From the human T2T-CHM13v2.0 reference genome, Homo sapiens: DNA of 64,000 nucleotides. The notes under the pieces were generated by a model. It was not told the origin of the DNA. It saw only the letters and a list, made by a program, of their open reading frames with translations, and did no database searches. Shown in pieces: positions 58,122 to 64,000 of the stretch (positions are counted from its first letter, which is position 1; every line of letters begins with the position of its first letter). A program made the position numbers and the translations under genes. The DNA is taken from NCBI RefSeq assembly GCF_009914755.1, contig NC_060940.1. One strand, given 5' to 3'.

Positions 58122-59584
58122 AGAAATTATTTTTCAAGAATTCTCAAGAGTTACACTTTTGAAGAAATTTGATCAGATCCCCATTACACCTTTTATTTCT
58201 TAAGAGTCTGATCTTATTAACCCTCTCTCACTGGAAAGGATGAAGCATATTTTTAACATATTTGAGGAAGACATTTTTGGGATTTCCAATATATTTGTGT
58301 AATTACTGTTTTGATAATTTATTATTTCCTTTACTCAAATATTTAATGAATAGCTTCTATGAGTAAGGCACTATAATAGACAATCTAATCATGATCTTGT
58401 GACCACTTGATTGACTTACTTAAGGGTATGAAAATAATAAAGAATGTATGAGAAGAAATATATAACTTTTAATAACACGCTAGAAGCTCAGTCAGGAAAT
58501 TGACAAAGCTATTTCTTGAATTACAAAAAAATGAGAGATGGCCACAACAAAAGGTATGGCAATTTAAAATCTGTCAGTAGCTTGGAAATAGCCTTACTAT
58601 TCTTGGAAATTGAGAGGCTGAAATAGTCCTCAAATTTTTCAGTGAAATATGCTGCAGTTTGCCTGTGGATGACCTTTCATTCTTGGTATGAATTTCAGCT
58701 TCATGAGATGGAGTGACTGTGTGTTGTGCCGTGTAGGAATCTTGGCCTTAACTTGATTTCAGACAGAAATGAAGCACTAGTATGTCATCAGAAAACTGCT
58801 TTAAAACAGACTTGAGTCTTTTAACATCGATCATGTGATACAATTTTAATAAGGATCTGAAAGATTTTGTCTTCATGGAGGCAATTGGTTAGACCTTTGA
58901 CCTCACTGTATGTGTTGAAATGTAAGGATGGGTGTTATTCCAATGTTGTATAAAAAATAACTGTTGATTATATTTAAGTCAAGTCACTGAAAATAAAAAA
59001 GGTGAGGCAACATAAAGATTTGTGAAAAAAGGTGACATATACTGTTAATAAAAATCTGTTTATGCATTTTCCTCCTTCCTGCTCACAGACAACTATGAGC
59101 AAGCTGACATGATTTAGTGTGGTGATACTAAGGGAAGGGCTCATAAAAAAGAAAAAAAAAACACTTGTAGTCTTGGGTAGAGAAAATTACTGGCTGTCAA
59201 AACACCACATGTGGGGCTTGGGTTTATCTTCACCTCCACCAGAGTGAACTAGTCTGTTAGGAAAGGGCTTCAATCAAGCTGATAAAACAGTGCTTGCAAG
59301 ACAAAATATTCATTTATCAATTTACAACATTACTATCACACAAATCAGAATTTAAGAAAAATTGTAACTGGAGATATTTTTTTTTTCCCTGTAGGCAGAC
59401 TCAGTGAAAGACACATTATAATTGAAAAGTTTATACTGAATTAGAGTATGGTGAGTGAAAAACTAATTTAAAAAATCAGTAGTAATTAGAGCTAATTTAA
59501 TAAAACACCTACTAGGACCAAAGAGTTCTGTGTCTTCCTGAGAGTATATTTCAGTGGAAGAGAAGAGACAAGCAATTAAAAAAA

Positions 59585-60196
59585 TCTGTCTATCCATCTA
59601 TCTAGAAAAAAATCTATATATAGAGAGAAAAAATGTATATAATATAGAGAAAAAATATATATATAACTATATATAGTTTTTATAGTTTATAGTTACATAG
59701 TTATATATTTCAGTGGAAGAGACAAGAGACAGCCAATAAAAAAGAACTATTTGTATATATAAAAAATTTTATATAACTATATATAGTTTTATAGTTTATA
59801 TGTAGTTTATAACTACATATAAACTATAAAATTATATATAGTTATATAATTTATATATAAACATATTATAAACTAATATATATAAACTATTATATACAAT
59901 ATATATAAACTATATATTGTATATAATATAGCTTATATTATATATAAACAGTATAAGCTATATAGTTAAACTAGTTAAACTAGTTTATAGTTAAGCTAAA
60001 CTATATAGTTTATATATAACTATATATAATTACATATATAACTATATATAAACTATGTAACTATAGTTTTTGTATATAGTTTATACATATATAAAATATA
60101 TAGTTTATTTACATATAGTTCATATATGGTTATATATCATCATATGTATGTATCCGTACATGTATGCATGCATGTGTGTGCTCATATATATATACA
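59585..60196. repeat. AT-rich quasi-palindromic low-complexity array within an L2 remnant
   Basis: Repeated AACTATATA/TATAGTT units. Confidence 0.9.
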
Positions 60197-60849
60197 TTTT
60201 CAGGTAGTGATAAATACCATAAAGTAAAAAGGGTAGCATGGAATCAGGCAGTGATTTGTGTTGGGGACTTCTATGTCAAGTAGGGTGGTCAGTGCAGTCT
60301 TCTCTGGAGTCCTCTCTAGCGACATTAGCAGAGTCCTCCTAATTTGAGCAGAGGCCAGATGAAACAGAAGAGAAAACCCTGTGAACATCTGAAGGAAGAG
60401 AATTCCAGGCCATGGCTCAAAGTGGTGGGAATAAGCTTTAGGGATTCAAGGAACAAGGAAAAAAACAATGTGGCTGGAAAGAATCAGATTTAGGGAAAGT
60501 ATGATGGGAAACAAGATTGAGGTATATATCGGACCTTGTAGGGCCATGGCGAGGACTATGGATTTTACTCTAAGGAGTCAGAGGAGTGACATAATTTTCA
60601 TTTTTCAAGCTCTCTCTTACTACCCAGAAGGGTATGGATGGAGGAAATGGAGGGCAGGCAGGCTATCACAGTGGTCCCTCTGAGAGATGATGGTGCTGCA
60701 GGCTAAAGTAGACATGTTGAAATTTAGATGCACCCAACTTGCTAATGAATTGGTCATTGATGTTAGTGTTTTACCACTTATCTATGATAATATGCTTGGG
60801 GATGAAATGCTTCTTTGTAGTTCTTTGGTTTTCTCACATTATTTGCCAG

Positions 60850-61157
60850 TTTTTGTTTTTGTTTATTTATTTTTGAGACAGAGTCTCACTATGTCACTCA
60901 AACTGGAGTGCAGAGGTGTGCTCACTGCTAACTGCATCCTTGATCTCCTGGGCTCAAGGGATTCTCCCATCTCAGCCTCCCAAGTAGCTGGCACCACAGG
61001 TACATGCCACCACGCTTGGCTAATTTTTGTATTTTTTATAGAAACAGGGTTTTGATATGTTGCCTAGGCTGGTCTCAAACTCCTGGGCTCAAGGGCTCCA
61101 CCCCCCTCAGCCTCCCAAAGTGCTGGGATTACAGGTGTGAGGCACCGCACCAGCCTA
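60850..61157 (-). mobile_element. AluJ
   Basis: Antisense diverged dimer. Confidence 0.9.
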
Positions 61158-62448
61158 GCTTTGAATTTCACTTGGAGTTAGCTTTTCTTGTTTTCTCCCT
61201 TCATCTTAATTTATAGCAGTGATTAAAGCTGTTTCCTGGCTCCACAATCCAAATTATATACCACAAGCCATAAGCTTGCCAGGCTGCAAAGAGTCTCTGG
61301 TCCTTCTTCACAGGCCAGAGAAAATATTTAATCTTCTTCCTCTCCTTTAATGAGACGCACCTGCTCTGTAATCACCTTCTCAGCAGTAAATTGGGCTTCT
61401 TTGTTTATAGATTTTGTTCCAGCACATGTCATATGTAGAAGGACCCTTCTCCCATTCCCTCGAATATTAATACCCTGAAATATGTTAGGGTTAAGTCTTG
61501 CTCTATTCTCAGAGCTGGTGACTCCGTGGGTGACTGGTAATCTCTACTTCAATCCAATATAATTGATTTTCTGGTTACAGTTTTAAAGGGTAATTTAATT
61601 CCCCTTACTTGCAAGTTCAAGAATTTAATTTGTGGTTCATCTGTCCATCTTAAAGATAATTATAGCTAATCAGCATTTTCGGTGTGCATATCGACTATCC
61701 TTTGTATCTGGATATGGGGCAAATGAATGAGGTAAACGTGATTCTGAAAAGTAAGTACAGTTTTCAGCATGACTTTATTCTTCTAATAAGAATGTTTTAA
61801 ATACAGAGACTGATGGTAATAATAATAATGTTTAAACAAGTTTAGAGATTAAACATACAACAGGAGGACTATAGTTAATAAAATTGTATGGTATTTGAGA
61901 TTTTTGTTAAATATAGTAGATTTGTCACAAAAAAGTAACTATGTCAGATTATAGATTTGTTCATTTGCTTTATTACAGTAACCTTTTTACTACCTCTGTG
62001 TTTCCTGTAACATCATGTTGTAAACCTCAAATATACACAATAAAATTTATCTTAAAAATGAATAAATTACATGGAAACACTGTTTTTATAATATAGGACA
62101 AGACTGAAAGACTGTTAGTGTTACTCATTCTAAGATAGATGATGTTATTTTTCCAGCATTAAGTAGTTTTGTTAAAAATGTACCTTCTTCTTGGTAAACA
62201 AATTTGGTAGAACCCTATTGTGGAATATTTCAAATAACAAAGTTATTTTAAAATATAAATATGAAATGTTAGAAATTTCAATAACATGGAAATATATTAA
62301 TTTGAGATACTGTGCTTAACACTTTACCTGCAAATAAAATGTGTGGATATTTGGATATATAATTTGGATTTAAATTATATTCTCCATCTTACTAACTGGG
62401 TCTATGTTGGTAATATTTATTAGCATTAAGTTTTTTGAGATTAACATT

Positions 62449-62754
<306 letters not shown>

Positions 62755-64000
62755 TAGCATTGTTGGTAATCTCTCAGAAGTGGCTGTTGCAATGAGACCA
62801 CGTGAAAGAATCCAGTGTATTTACTCCATTGCTTCTTCACCCTCTCTGCTAAAAGCCGGTCATAAAGTGTGTTCACATCTCAGAGTGAAACTGTGAGGAA
62901 AGATTAATGCTTTACTTTCTGAGAAAAATCAGTAAAAATAAATAGAAAGCACTTTTAAAAAATGTGATCCAGTTGGGCAGCAGTTATATATGACAATTGA
63001 AATAGGAATAAGGAAATGATAAATGGAGTTTCAGAGATGCAGCTAGCATTAGCCTACATCACCCGAGCAATACAGATCAGAAGGCTTTTGAGCAATCCCT
63101 GACGTTTCAAATATTAGAACAATTAACTTCAACTAATCTAAACTGTAGGATGTCATGCAAAGTAAAGGAAGAATAAAATAATGCACAAAACCCTTGTATG
63201 ACTAAGTGATAAGAATTAACATCAGCGTAATGTGATAGATTAGACACAATGAGCAGCAACGCAATGAACATCTCCTCCTCTCCTCCAGATAATTCCAGCC
63301 ATCACATCACATTGCTTTTTATAATAAAATGGATTCGCCTTCTCTTTGTAGCCTGTCTTTCTCCATTTTTGTTCTTAGTTGTGACATTGGGTCTTTACTA
63401 TCCTTTTCATGTTCTTTCACTTTGTCCTTTGTGTGTGTGTGTGTGATTTATGCCTATCTTAAAGAGTCCTATTCAGAACTGCCTCTTATTGTCTTCTAAA
63501 AAATGTTTTAGGACCTAATGCTAATCAGTGTATTGAACACGTGTCCTTGACTTGCTAACACTGAGGACTTAGCATCCAGTCACTGCTGTTATCGTAGACT
63601 CACAAACATTGTCCAGCCACAGAAATGATGGAGAGAAAAGAATCAATCATTTTTAAAGCTGAAATGTGACAGTGGTCATTTTCTATTTTGGTTTGTAAAC
63701 TCAGCATTTTCGTAGAAGCTTCTTAAATTAGCCTTGAATTGATTTTTATTCAACCAGCTCCGCAATTTTTGTTTCCAGTCTCAATTCTTTTACTGACAGG
63801 TTTTCAAACGGGGCTAAATTTATTTCAGTACTTTGTGACTCTCACCTGGAGGAGAAGTAAGGACCCCTGACATAGTCAGAAGTAACTTGCTTTGCATTTG
63901 AATTGCATGGAATCTATAAATATTTATCGACTTTTTAGAGTGAACAATTTCTAAAAACCACATGCAAAGGTTGATGTTGAACTCTAAACATATTGAAGCT

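Overview
Human-type genomic DNA: AT-rich, dense in Alu and L1, with an SVA and an AluYa5. It covers eight consecutive + strand coding exons of the neurexin-family gene CNTNAP4 (Caspr4), which by recall lies on 16q23. All junctions are GT-AG and phase-compatible. The exons are 172, 107, 120, 198, 157, 128, 171 and 219 nt (1272 nt, 424 codons) and encode the end of LamG-2, EGF-1, the fibrinogen-like domain and most of LamG-3. They are probably exons 10-17, numbered by analogy to recalled CNTNAP2 exon sizes. The rest is intron filled with SINEs, LINEs, LTRs and DNA transposons. The most notable structure is at 33015-34471: one 16-bp target-site duplication encloses a 5'-truncated antisense SVA plus about 710 bp of non-SVA sequence with its own poly(A) signal and tail. 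This reads as an SVA-mediated 3' transduction landing about 120 nt downstream of a coding exon, and it also creates an inverted-Alu pair around that exon. Other candidates are a sense THE1B LTR with an intact DUX4 motif and splice donor, three 5'-inverted L1s, an old local duplication around a MER31 LTR, and a hairpin over the exon-17 branch point. Repeat family names come from recalled consensus sequences and no database was searched. I found no evidence for a novel protein-coding gene, RNA gene or CRISPR array.
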